DNA of 62,217 bases, filler included, from Porpidia crustulata (Eukaryota), in assembly GCA_964255105.1 (NCBI GenBank). It is 8 parts of 8 records of this genome, joined end to end, with 100 filler letters (N's around TTAATTAATTAA, not from the genome) between each part and the next. Parts side by side here need not be neighbours in the genome. Positions count along the whole stretch, not along the records: positions 31,178 to 38,867 come from CAXUWE010001259.1; positions 38,968 to 46,654 come from CAXUWE010001260.1; positions 46,755 to 54,440 come from CAXUWE010001261.1; 5 more parts are not named here. One strand, 5' to 3'. Every line of letters begins with the position of its first letter. Position 1 is the stretch's first letter. A program made the translations under genes and the position numbers. The notes under the pieces were generated by a model. The model was not told the origin of the DNA and searched no databases. It worked only from the letters and a program-made list of their open reading frames with translations. Of the stretch, positions 38,815 to 50,370 are shown piece after piece.

Positions 38815-38867
38815 TAACGTAGTCTACCCTCAAACGAGACACACCCTCAAACGAGACAGCGCCCACC
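38815..38867 (+). mobile_element. Probable terminal inverted repeat of a Tc1/mariner (Fot1/pogo-type) DNA transposon, cut by the contig end
   Basis: TA at 38815-16 is followed by ACGTAGTCT and a perfect 16-bp direct repeat ACCCTCAAACGAGACA (38826-41, 38843-58). This is the TA + ACGT + two internal direct repeats layout of fungal pogo-like TIRs. The assembly breaks immediately afterwards. Confidence 0.62.
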
Positions 38868-38967
38868 NNNNNNNNNNNNNNNNNNNNNNNNNNNNNNNNN
38901 NNNNNNNNNNNTTAATTAATTAANNNNNNNNNNNNNNNNNNNNNNNNNNNNNNNNNNNNNNNNNNNN
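38868..38967. other. Artificial contig-joining spacer
   Basis: 44 N + TTAATTAATTAA + 44 N. Confidence 0.98.
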
Positions 38968-39300
38968 CCTTTGGGGACTTATATAAATTCCCCCAAATAA
39001 TGACCGCCTATCGATTATTAATGACCCATACTCTTACTAAATATACGTAAAAGATTCGGACGGCAGTTTTCTAAAGGCCGCTGTCTATCAGCGGCCCTCC
39101 CTCCCGCGATTTAATTACGTAGTAACAGGGGGTATTATTGGCCAGTACGGAGTACTACTATCGTACGCCACCAATCTCCTTTTTAATACATTATCCCCCG
39201 TATCAGGGCTTCCTTCAGGCCTTCGCTGTAAAGGACCTCTAATACCTACCCTTCCCTACGTAAAAAATAGGTCTGATTTACTTTTTATATATCACGTTCA
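38968..39300. repeat. RIP-degraded repeat relic (TpA-rich, TpG-poor)
   Basis: By eye, TA dinucleotides are very frequent and TG is scarce while CC/GG runs are preserved. No ORF; lies at a contig end. Confidence 0.5.
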
Positions 39301-40309
39301 GGACAAAGCGGCTTCCTACTCAAGAAAGGGCCAAACAGCGGCAAAGCAAGGGGCTTGCGACCTGCCTGCAGGCAGAAATATACGGATCATTCCGATTTAT
39401 TGTGCCGGCTTTCAGGTAATCACCTATTCAATAATTTTCTCTATGGCGCCACCACTCGGACGAAAGGTAAGAAGAATTACTTTGAAAATCTATCCGCCTC
39501 GACTGTAGGTCAACCAAGAGTGACCGTCGGCTCAATTAATTTGTCTCGGCGGCATTCTTAGGAATCAAAGAGGACCACGATTACGGAGAAAGGTCACTGG
39601 TAGGTCTGGACGATGAGGACAGAAAAAGCTGCCAATGTCCGTGTCGTTTTTCTTACGCGAGGAAAAAAGCACGCATGCGGCACATACAAACTTGCCAGCA
39701 AAGACTGATCCGTGCAGTTAGTGGTGCGTTTGTTCGTGCAATTTCTCTGCCATCCCGTGAGAGAGGAGGGGCGCACGTCGTAGGATCCGAGATATGCGCG
39801 TTGTCATGCAAGCCCACAATGTCCATAATGGTTTAGGTAAAGGGAAATCTGGGCTGCAGGTGAGCCAACTCGACCCCTCGTTTTGAGCCTCAGTACGGAG
39901 TATAGCACTGTCAAACGAACTCAAGCAATGGAAAGAGACATGGACTGGGCAATAGGCCGCAGGCATCGACTAAGCCAAAGCTGATGCATTGCTCGTCAAC
40001 TACGCAACGAGGCAGTAATATAGCTAAGCTACTTCATGACCCAAATCGCTTACTTGAAGAGGACACCGTGAAAGATGACGCTTTTCCCTTGAGCCAGCCC
40101 ATGCAGGTGAATCGGCCGCTTCAGTGCTGATCTGGGTCGCAATGGTCTCACTTACAGGCGCTGTAGCATCCACTCACGCCTCCGGAACGAGCTCCTTTTC
40201 TGGTCCTGCCAAGATACATTTCGTACCGATTGTAGACATGGCGTTACACCAGATCTTCTCATGAGATATCTAATAGCTAACGTATCCTAGAGTACCTTAT
40301 GCCTTATGC

Positions 40310-41550
40310 CTACGTCTCTCTGGGGATCATGACTGGCTTTGCTAAAGCGCGATGGTGGGCGATTATCGACTGAGCCTCGCTGTCGTCATCACGATGTTGC
40401 TGGTACTGTGATTCAACTTCATCCGGTTTCGTGGCGAGTGAATCGAGAATGTCCCGCAATTTGCCTCGACTGCTGCTTCCACGCAGGAACAAATTCGAAT
40501 GGCCTGGGTTGACCGGCTTCTCTTGCTGCTTTGAGCGGGCGGTGTCTCGTGAAAACAAATTACGGAGAGAGGCTAGACATGCAACGATAATGGCTAAAGA
40601 GAATGTTAGCTTCACACGGGAGTCGATCACGAGATGACATACCAATGGATGACTCGATAGCGCTCCATAAATACAACCAGGAGCTGTCGGGTTGTGCGGA
40701 GTGCTGCGACCCTACGAGCACAGTTCGTACAATCGCGAAGATCATGGTGATGACTACCAAGGAGAATATACTGCCGAGTGCAAGCTTTCTCCGCCAGCTC
40801 ATTTGAACTCCCCATAGCATATTGACAGGAATGAACATGACTGCGACCTCTTAGCGCTGCCATCTCGAGGGCGTTTTCTCATACATACTCAGAGCATCGG
40901 TGATCACATCCCAAGCACAATTCAGCTTTAGCGTGACCTGCAGAAATGAATTCGATGACGGTGTTGTGCAGTGGACCCCCAACCATCCAAAAGAAGAGAC
41001 GAGACACCAATACTGTATAGATCCGATACAGGCCAGATATGTCGCAACCGTAAATCCAAAGATGGGCCACCAAAGGACTTTCTGTCCCCGGACATTTTTG
41101 CCGAGACGTCTGAAGAAGATGAGGAACGACAATTTGATCGACCAGAGTGTCGAATAGAAGAAGATGATCACGGCAAGCGTAGCTTTCTCATATCGCTCGG
41201 CCAAGGAGATGAATCCCGGTCCGGGTTGTTCAATGCCCGCTGAAACGTACATTACTTCATACATATGGGCGGAGAAGACCTGCCATATGACGGCCGTGGT
41301 GATGACAAAACACAAGGACGACAGCACAAAATAATCGTCAATGAGCAGTTTCTTGAAGCCTCGCAAACGTGCCGCGAAACGCAAGCTGCAGCAGACAATC
41401 GCAAGAGCAGCTCCAGTCCAGATGAGACCCTGTCTTCAGGTCAGTACGAGACGGTTTGGGCCCAGGGGATCTCAGATTTCAACGGACGAGGAAGACAGGT
41501 CGCGGCACTTTAGTTCCGGGGACATGGATCGCACGTTGATGGATATCCAT
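40310..41550 (-). CDS. PTH11-like 7-TM integral membrane protein (fungal rhodopsin-domain family, no CFEM), 4 exons
   Basis: Motifs LRFAARLRGFKKLLIDDYFV, FYSTLWSIKLSFLIFFRRL, WDVITDAL, IPVNMLWGVQMSWRRKLALGSIFSL and WSAIESSI/AIIVACL. A plausible short exon 1, MDIHQRAIHVPGTK, starts at 41550. Confidence 0.88.
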
Positions 41551-41824
41551 CTTGGGAATCTTGCCAGTAATTGAGGCGTATCAGGGCAATTCTCAAGTCT
41601 GTCAAAAGATTGAAGATTGAAGTAACGTTCAAAAATGAGGTGCATGCGAGAAGAGAACGATGTAAGATCGTCAGAATCAAGAATCTCTTTATTAATAAAT
41701 CTCGATCGAATGAAGCGACATCTTATCAATTCGAGCGAATCGTTTTTTATAATATGTTTTCTTTCACTCGTACGAAAATCGCTGATCTCCGAGCTTTAAT
41801 GTCCTTTTCAGAGCGATCTCCGAT

Positions 41825-42206
41825 GCTGCAGACGTGTGTGTGTTAAAAGAATCCTGTGAGGCATGAAGTGAGATGCATGCGGTTCAGCTTACAGAGTATA
41901 TGACCTGCGTCATGTGCTCGCATGAATCTAGCGCAAATCGAGATCTTCCCTGAGAGTACGCGTTAGGTGAGCTGCAGGTGTGTGTGTGTGTATAACCAAG
42001 GGATTCTGTGAGGCATGAAGTGGGATACATGTGACTCAGCGTACAGAGTGCATGAGCTGCGCCGCGTGCTGAATCTGGCGCAAGTCGAGACCTTCCCCGA
42101 GAATACTCCTTAGGTGAGCTGCAGGCGTGTGTGTGCGCGTGTGTGCCTAAAGGATTCTGATACATGCGGTTCAGCCTACAGGGTGCATGAGCTGCGCCGT
42201 GTACTC
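41825..42206. repeat. Degenerate tandem repeat, ~146-147-bp unit, ~2.6 copies, each with a (GT)n tract
   Basis: Units start with GCTGCAG at 41825, 41971 and 42118. Shared blocks include ctgtgaggcatgaagtg, catgcggttcagc, gcatgagctgcgccg and ttaggtgagctgcagg. Confidence 0.9.
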
Positions 42207-42698
42207 TATGAGAAACTGCATTAAATCCGTCTGACACAAGGCTGTGCCTATCCAGCCTGATCAGACTAAATCGTCATGATGCGTCTTTGTGAACATTGAC
42301 TTGTCATGCCAGCTTCTGGAGCGTTTATGCATAGGGACTGTCCCGTATCGCGAAGGATCCCCCGAAATTGAGTCTTTTAAATTTTAATGTTGTACAACAT
42401 ATTGCGTTTCAGCTTCCCTTAACCGAAAAGCCTTACCTCGCCACCTAGCGTGGTCCCCGGAGGACTGGGAAAGAACATCGAGCCCCTTAAGCTCGCCCTT
42501 CGAGATCGAGCTGCCGGTCATGCTTCATTGGATGCCTGTGTCTGCGAGATCCCGTAGAGATTGCTCGTTCTTCCTCACACGATCATAAAGCCGAGCACAC
42601 AAGGCGGAGCTGGGCGCTGTCAACAACGAGCAAAGATACATTTCATACGGCTACGTCTAAGATTGTAATTTCTAACTATGCGTTATACTCATAGCGAA

Positions 42699-44459
42699 TC
42701 ATATGTTCGTGCCAGGAAAAGTCATATTGACGGAGAGATCCATACCCTTAGCCGGTCCTGTAACGCCTAGCGAAGCTGCCTTGGCGTTGAGTTTGGGAAA
42801 CTGCTGGGCAATCTCTCTATTCAGCCTGATGTCGAAATCGTGCAGAAGGATGGCCACAAATGTGAGAGTCTGTTCCTTGGCGATCATGCGCCCAGGGCAG
42901 AGACTGACGCCCCCTCCAAATGGTCTATACGAAGAGTGCCTCAGTAGGCTTGGGTCCTTGGCGAATCGTGACTCGCTAAAGTCCTGATGATTCGCCCCCC
43001 AGATGTTTGGGTTGGAATGCAATTGCCGACTGGGGATTAAAACCATCCCGCCCGGTCTGAGCAATTTGCCGCCGATGTGTGTTGCTCTCATGACTTTTCG
43101 TCCCATCATCGCGCCACCACTTGTCCGCAGACATTCATGGAAAAGTCGGTCGAGGAAAGGTGCGTTGGCGCAAAGGTATTTGACGTTCAGGTCGCCCGAT
43201 GTCCAAGCCGAGTTGATCTCCTGCTTGACCTTCCCACGAAGATTCTCATCGAACAGTATATACGCAATTATCCAAAATGCAGCGTTGTTAACATTTGAAT
43301 TCGCACTAAAACCGTTAGCTTCAAGATGATAGCTGACCGAGGCTCAATCTTACGCCCACAAAATTTGGAGCAGTATACAAGCTTTGCTTCGGAGGTCAAT
43401 GCCAGTATACTCCATGGCGTTAAGCACTTGTTGTACGCTCCAAGACTGATCCCTTCGCAAATCACCTGGTAGACTGGCGAATTGCTGCAAAGCTTGAAGT
43501 ACAGCACTCTGCGGAGTCAAGACCTTGGACGCGAAGCGAGAGGGAAGTCCATAGAACAACATCCAGGCATGTTCGTTGAAATTGAGCAGATTCGGGATAA
43601 GAGCCTCGTCGAATCCCATCACACTCTTACCGAAGAATGCAATTAGATCAGCCTCTAGCAGACTGTTCTGGCACAGCTTTAGAAGGGAGATAGTGCTAGA
43701 CTTTTCTGTCACTCTGATACCGTAGGCTTGCAGCTTTGGGAATTGCAGAGCTGCTTCAAGAGCTGTTCGAAAATTTTGGCCCAAGTCATCCATCTGAGGC
43801 CCGGGCAGGAGCTGCTTCATGTAAATACGTTCAGTCAGATGAATAAGACTGTGATGCTGAGGATTTATCTCGCCGTAATGTGGGTCTGTGATGATCGGTC
43901 TCTCCCAGGCTCGTTTCAGCGACTCGGGATTAAACCCAAAATTCAGAAAAAGCTGATTCAGATGAGGCTCCCATGCTAGATCATCTGGTTTCCTATACAC
44001 CTCGGTCACGTCGCTGGGGGCCGTCACGATGTAAAGCGTTTCCGAGCCCACTTGGAGCGCAAACGGCTCGTAGGTACGTCCCAGCTGATTCCTGACCCGG
44101 CGTCAGCAGATTATCTTCGATGTGCATGAATGATGAGATGAAAGCGCAGCACTGAACACATACAGTCCGGCTTCAATGAGATCATGAGAGCTTCTAAAGA
44201 AACTAATACCATGACCTAATGGATACGATGAGCGATTTCCATTTTCCAGCAAATATGGGAAACATCTATACCGATATCTGAGAAGACTGTCAGCTGCGAC
44301 TCCAGTGAATGCTTACTCACAACCCTTACATGGAACCCAATAGGGGATTTCTCGTGGGTCATTTGGGTAGAGATGTGGGCGGACCCAGAATCTCCATATC
44401 CGCCAGAGGCAAAAAGCCGTGAGGATTGCAGGGGGAAGGAGAAGACTCAAATTGACCAT
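42699..44459 (-). CDS. Cytochrome P450, CYP7/CYP8-like (sterol 7-alpha-hydroxylase/prostacyclin-synthase-like) clade, multi-exon
   Basis: N-terminal TM anchor, PREIPYWVP(YI)GH hinge, I-helix ILWAANSNVNNAAFW (Asn in place of the catalytic Thr), ExxR (FHECLR), FSESRF and heme motif PFGGGVSLCPGR. An alternative start lies near 44525. Confidence 0.9.
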
Positions 44460-46654
44460 GGGGCCATTTTCTACCGAAAATATTGCTGCCTTGTTAAAGA
44501 CTTCGGTCAAACTATGAGCCAGCATTTTTGGAGTTGGACCAGGTGGCTTCCTTGGACACAGGTACAAATATACGAGGCAGGAGCGATGTTATGTATATTG
44601 ACAACCTTCAAATATGCCTTCAACAGTTCGGGACAGCGGTGGTGATTCATTCAGAGGTGGAGATCTTATAAATCAGAGGGAATGTATCCTAGATCTTGCG
44701 AATGTGAGAAGATATCAATGGTGATCATAGATGTACTAGCTACCACATCATGACTAATGCTTCGTTTCAAAACGCCGCTTCGCCTGATGTCAATCCTTAT
44801 TGCTCCCTTGCAGATCCTGACGAGGGTAGGCCACTACCGAAGTCTTACGGCAATCTACGCCGCTGTCTGACCACCCACCCAGTCTGCCATCGTGTGACTT
44901 TTAGTACTGCCCAATTTCCCGCTTAAATCACAAGAAGAATCGCCGAACGTCGATATACAAGGAAAACTATCTTCATATCTAGGAATCAGCCCCCACTTTC
45001 TTTCACAAGGGAGTTATGTAATCACAGAAGATATAACGAGTCCATCTAAGTTAGTCAGTCTATCTGGTCGGACTTGGGTGAGCTGTGAAAAAACAAACAA
45101 TCTTCAAAATATAATCCGTCTTGAATACAATGTGGGGACGTAACTTTGGTCCAGAATGCCAGGCAGAAGCTGAAGAGGGACAAGATCACAATGATCATTT
45201 TGATTTGAGAACGATCCGAGCGGCATTCATTGAGGGCCGCTCCAACCGGGAACAAGAGCATCTTGTTTCTAGGGGACCCGAATATGATCTCAAGAAGATG
45301 AAAACAACCAGTAGTTGGAAAAGACGTTGAACCACACGGTAGTGTTCACAGAAAAAGGTTACAAACAAGATCTATAGGAGCCGTTCTTTGTACCAGACTT
45401 CTGGCCAAGTCTTACATGGCGGATAAACAAAGCTTCAGGCTGCGCAAATTGTCAGCCTAACGGCACAGCGGCCTTTGGTACCGACGTCAGAGGCGTGAAA
45501 GGGTTTCTTGGATAAACGTGTGTGCCTTGACATCTGTCTTCACCGTGTTTACTCTGCGGTCCTGAGTAAAAGTCCAATCGGATGGCTCGTCCTCGGCAAA
45601 GGGAACGAGAATGACGTTGACGAAGCAGGCTATTCACTCACTCTTGGTACGGCTGCAATCATCTTAAACAGAATGGAAGTATCTTGCTTTCAGCCTTGTC
45701 ATTTACTGCTCGTGCCGCTTCAGCCTGGGGAAACATCGGTCGTTGCGAGCGACCGATAGGCACGCTTGTGAATCAGGATTTGTATCGGTCTTACACTGCC
45801 CAGAGTAACAGACCCTTGACGCATGAGCGAGGCAAAGACGGAGCTGAGCATCGCCGACATTTTCTACAGGTTCTTTCACCGACGCAGATGAAGTGGCAGC
45901 AATGCAAAGCTAGTAGGCGAGATAGGGAAATACCATACATACGGTAGGCAAGAGACGAGTCGCGGTTCGGCACTTCGGGCCGCTTTGACGGTGCCCAGGG
46001 CATGTACGAGGCGGGTGACAGAACTCTTCCCCCCCCCATCAAATTTAGCGAGATATTCATCATTTAATTACATCAAAAATCCAATTATATGGATATATTG
46101 CTAGTATTTAGTAGCATAACCATCCCGCTCGTTTGCTTGCAACCTACATACCAAAATGCGCCATATGACCTCGTCCCTCAATAGACGAGGCTTAAAAATC
46201 AAGATTTTGAAGTGCCCAGTGACCGCATGCACTGCTGCATAGATAATTAATTGGCAGAGAACGGTTCTCACTCAGCAAGGCTGCCCCAAAGACTGAAGCT
46301 TGATAGCTGTGTGATCACGTGAGGTGAAGTCTTTGAGCAAACATCAAAATACAGCATGTATGCAATGTAACGGTTACAGTTCGGCTCTGCATTTATTGTT
46401 AGGATTATCATTGCACAACATGATTCTTTCTCGTGGCCATGGAGCAAGTTCGCTGCATGAACGCAGCACGCAGCTGCTGTTTCAGGACCTCAGGAATAAT
46501 ACACACATACTTGCGGTAAGTTATGCATGTAAGAGTATAGGCCATAAGTCATGCATAGAGGAAAATATATAGGGCTATTTTAACTAAGTCCCTAAAGTAA
46601 ACATAGGCTTTCGGGTTTAAAATTACTAGCAAAACGTAAACAAATAATAACTCC

Positions 46655-46754
46655 NNNNNNNNNNNNNNNNNNNNNNNNNNNNNNNNNNNNNNNNNNNNTT
46701 AATTAATTAANNNNNNNNNNNNNNNNNNNNNNNNNNNNNNNNNNNNNNNNNNNN
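46655..46754. other. Artificial contig-joining spacer
   Basis: 44 N + TTAATTAATTAA + 44 N. Confidence 0.98.
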
Positions 46755-47386
46755 GTGGTGATGGCGAGGGGGGTGGTAGGAGCTTTGAGGTAGGGAGGGA
46801 AGGGGAGAGGAATTGTCAGGCATCAGGCGCGTGTTGGTCGTAGCTATTGGGAGGCGTAACGCGTAGAGTTGACAGCTCTGTGGGATTCCGGAACTATTGG
46901 CGGGCCGCTAGCCCCGAGATTAGCGCTGGCCTTCTTGGGTCTTTTCGGGCAGAATCAGCGCCGAGTGACGGTGTAGAGATGCCGCTACCGTACCTTTTGG
47001 GATGATATTAACGAGTATGGCAGACGATTACGATGAAGGCTTAAAGTACGGTGAAAGATAGACGTAGCGATTGGAGTTTGCGGGTATTTCTTCTATTGGC
47101 GATCAATTGTGGCTTTCAAATGTTTAGCTAGTGTCCCGCCGGCGTTATAGAGGAAGCGAAAGCGCTTCGGGTCTGACTACGGTGAAGATTCGAGCAGATA
47201 AGATATGACATGGAACTTGATTGACAATACATGGGCGCTATTCGCGCTGTATCAGTATGGGCTTTTAAATATCTGGCACGAACGCCGTCGACAAGGACAT
47301 CTATGGATCCAATATGCGACAAATATGACACATGGCGTGCGGCAAAGTCATAAAACACTTGCAAGATCTCATATGTAAACTAGAGC

Positions 47387-49810
47387 TCAAAGCTCGATTA
47401 AAGCCTCTTCAGCCACCTTCGGTTGAGGCTGATGATGAGGTGCTGAAGGAAACGATTCTTGGGTATATGAGGGCATGGATGGGTATATTTGACTCTGCGG
47501 CTGTTGTTGCTGTTGCCGAGGTGGAGGATGTTGTGGCTGTTGCTGCCAGTATGCCTGCGGTTGTTGCTGAGGCGGAGGAAAATTCTGTTGAGGAGCTGCG
47601 TTTGGAGGTGCATACAGCGGAGGTGGCTGTTGCAGCTGCAGTGCAGGAGCGGCCTGATGCTGTTCAGGCGATGGGGCATAATTCTGATCGGGCCTTGGCT
47701 GGTAATTTTGCTGTGGAGGCGATACTTCATGATTTCCTTGGTAATAAGATACTGCGGGATCGGCTGAGTGAGACATTGTTGGCGTCTGCATGGTTGGAGC
47801 AATGGCTGGAGGCTGCATTGGCGGCTGTGTATGACTCTCTGCTGGATTCGGATAACCTTGAAATTGGCTGTCAGGAAAGTAGGGAGCATCTTGCCGCTGA
47901 GCAGGAGACTTTGGGTAGTTCTGGTCGCTGGGAGCCCGCTGTGGTTCGTGCGGAACGTGGTGAGGCCCAGACCCGTACTGTTGTGCGGCAGCTGGTACTG
48001 ATCTATCAGGTTGCATGTACAGTGATTGAGACAGCGGATTGTAGGTGTAATTGGATTGTGGGCGAGGATATGGCTCAGTTGGTGCTCCAGTCACATTGTA
48101 GTAGCTCTCTGCACCTCCCTGGCTATTGGGCACTGCGGGCGGTATAGAGGGATACATATTTGACGACGACGGAGCCGCCTGCGCCCTGTAACCTGCTCCG
48201 TATGTGGGTTGGCTGTATGTGTTTGATAGACGTTCTTCGAGCATGCGATCATAGTAGCGAACGACGGTAGCGAGCTTGGAATGTAGGTCCAGTAGGGTGT
48301 CTAGTTGGGTCAGCAAGTGCCCGCTAATCAACGCTGACAGATAAGTCTATATACCGTGCTTGCTCATGGTCTCCCCATAAGATCTTGCAAGTTTTGGCCG
48401 CAAGGACCCAATACTGTCGTATAACTCTTGAATCTGAGGCTCTCTCAAAATGGTACCTGGTGGTTGATGTTGTAATCGATCGACGAGGGTAGAAAACAGG
48501 TTAATGTTCTCAGCTTCTACCGGAGTCAATTCATAGTCATTTTTAGGTACGGTAAATTCGGATGGCAACGAGGCAGAAACACCCGAGGCTTGTTTCCTCA
48601 GATTTGATGCGTGCTTCTTCTTCTGTTCTTCCATATCCTTAACTGATGCAGCTATCGCCGCCTTCAACTCTGCATCTTCGTCCTCTTCTTGTGGTCTAGC
48701 TGGCTTTGAAATACCATTGGTAGCAGTAGGAGATCGCTGTGCTTGGAGTTGAGATTGTGGGACGTAACCTGCACCAGAGTGACCTTTCACCTCTTCCAAA
48801 CTCATTTGCAACGCCTTTTTTAGGTCATCATCAAATCCGTCTTCCACTCGTGCATCCCTGGGCTGCATCGATGGCTGTGGTCTTATGATACTCGCGTTTC
48901 CTTTTGCAAGAGAACGCTCCACTGGAAGCGGTGTGCCCCGAGATTTATCCATTAGTCTCGCATAACAGCCATCATCTACCCTCACAGCCTGAACAATGCC
49001 GAGATGCGGGAGCGGGATAGATTTGGTTGAACACTGTGCATCGAAGACATTTCCGCAATTCCTGCAGTGGTGCTTTCGATTGGTAAAGCTAAAAGCCGTA
49101 CGGCACCGCATGCAAACGTCCGAATCAATCCATTCTGGTGGCTAGGAAGGAACTTAGCAGAGGAAAAGGAGGATACAGGGCAACTCACGGCACTGCTGTC
49201 CAGCATACTACTTGAAATCTCTATTTTTGGCGGAAACCGGAAACCCTCTCTCTGCAATGTTCGATATGTTTCACCAACATAGGATACATCAGCCCGTCCC
49301 ACAGTCGCACTTGCCCATATTTGAATGAGCTCCAATATCTTGCCCTTAACGTCATCATTTGGCGCAGCAACTCCATAAACTTTCAACAAGGATACCAGGT
49401 TATCCATAAATTCCCTTGATGCAATCTCGGCCAGAAAGTGTGATCCCCCATTTTTCACACAGGTGTCTGTAAGCTGCAGATCACGTCAGTAAACCAAACA
49501 CTAGCATGACAGGGAAGCTCAGGAAGTTTACCATAAGTGTCGCTAGTTGGATATTCGGGTTCTTGTGTCCTATACGCTTCTTCAGGGATCTCATAGCCTC
49601 CTTGGGCTGGACACTTTTCGATCGTATAACATCTGATATCTCGAGGTTTAGAGCGATATCCTCCCTGCAAGAGCATCAGTCTGATGGTTCAGGCCAATCA
49701 AAATTAGAGGTTCTGCAGGCTCTATGCATCACCCAGACATACAAGCTGGAAGACGTTGCTCGCTCGATCTGCTCATCGAGAGCGGAATTTGAAGCGAACC
49801 AACCCGCCAT
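47387..49810 (-). CDS. VPS27: ESCRT-0 subunit Vps27/Hrs (VHS, FYVE, 2 UIM, GAT, P/Q-rich tail)
   Basis: [26 protein letters not shown]...[47 protein letters not shown]. UIMs [15 protein letters not shown] and [16 protein letters not shown]-terminal clathrin-box-like ALIEL. Confidence 0.96.
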
Positions 49811-50370
49811 AGCCCTGGAGCACAAGAAGTATACAGACTTTGTACTACAGTAGATGAGTAGTAAATCCCATGTGTGACTGGAACCCTCGATGTAATGCTA
49901 TGGGTTTGAGTAGGTATGTGAAAATGGAGTGAAAGTTCGACTGTAACGAACGTGAAGCTCCAGGCTGTCACTGGAAATAGATTACGCCGCCTTTGCCAGC
50001 ATGACGGAGCGATTGCTTAGCTCCCGCCGTTTTTACAGGGGTCAGCGCAACGGATGCGCCGCAGGGTTTCTAAGACTTATGGGACTGTATACACGATATT
50101 CTTTTGCTTTGTCTTCAGCATATCGATTTACCTCTGTCTCGCACCTAGATACATTAGCTACGGATTGAAAAGCTCTCTGCTACGCTTAGTACCTTGTCCG
50201 CAAAACATCCTTTTGTATATTCCTACAAACGCTACATTGTTCCACATCCCAACAAACGTCCAAAGGCTGCAATCAGTTAACACGTCCTAATTCCAGCGGC
50301 ATTCCTCTGGATGCCGACTTTGTGTATGCGGTATGAATAATCATCTTACCCTCACTTTTGATCGATAGCG

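Noticed and set aside
38360..38815. TPP riboswitch upstream of the MFS transporter
   Set aside because: The conserved CUGAGA and GAUAAU...AGCG core arrangement was not found on the sense strand.
41825..42206. CRISPR-like array, or a protein from ORF 41884..42237
   Set aside because: The whole unit is repeated with no unique spacers and the context is eukaryotic. The ORF is just the translated repeat (THTHTC from the GT tract).
44900..46100. Scattered short ORFs upstream of the P450
   Set aside because: No motifs or coherent splicing were seen; they cannot be supported as a gene.
47332..48147. 271-aa plus-strand ORF
   Set aside because: It is the antisense shadow of the P/Q-rich VPS27 tail and has no recognisable motifs.
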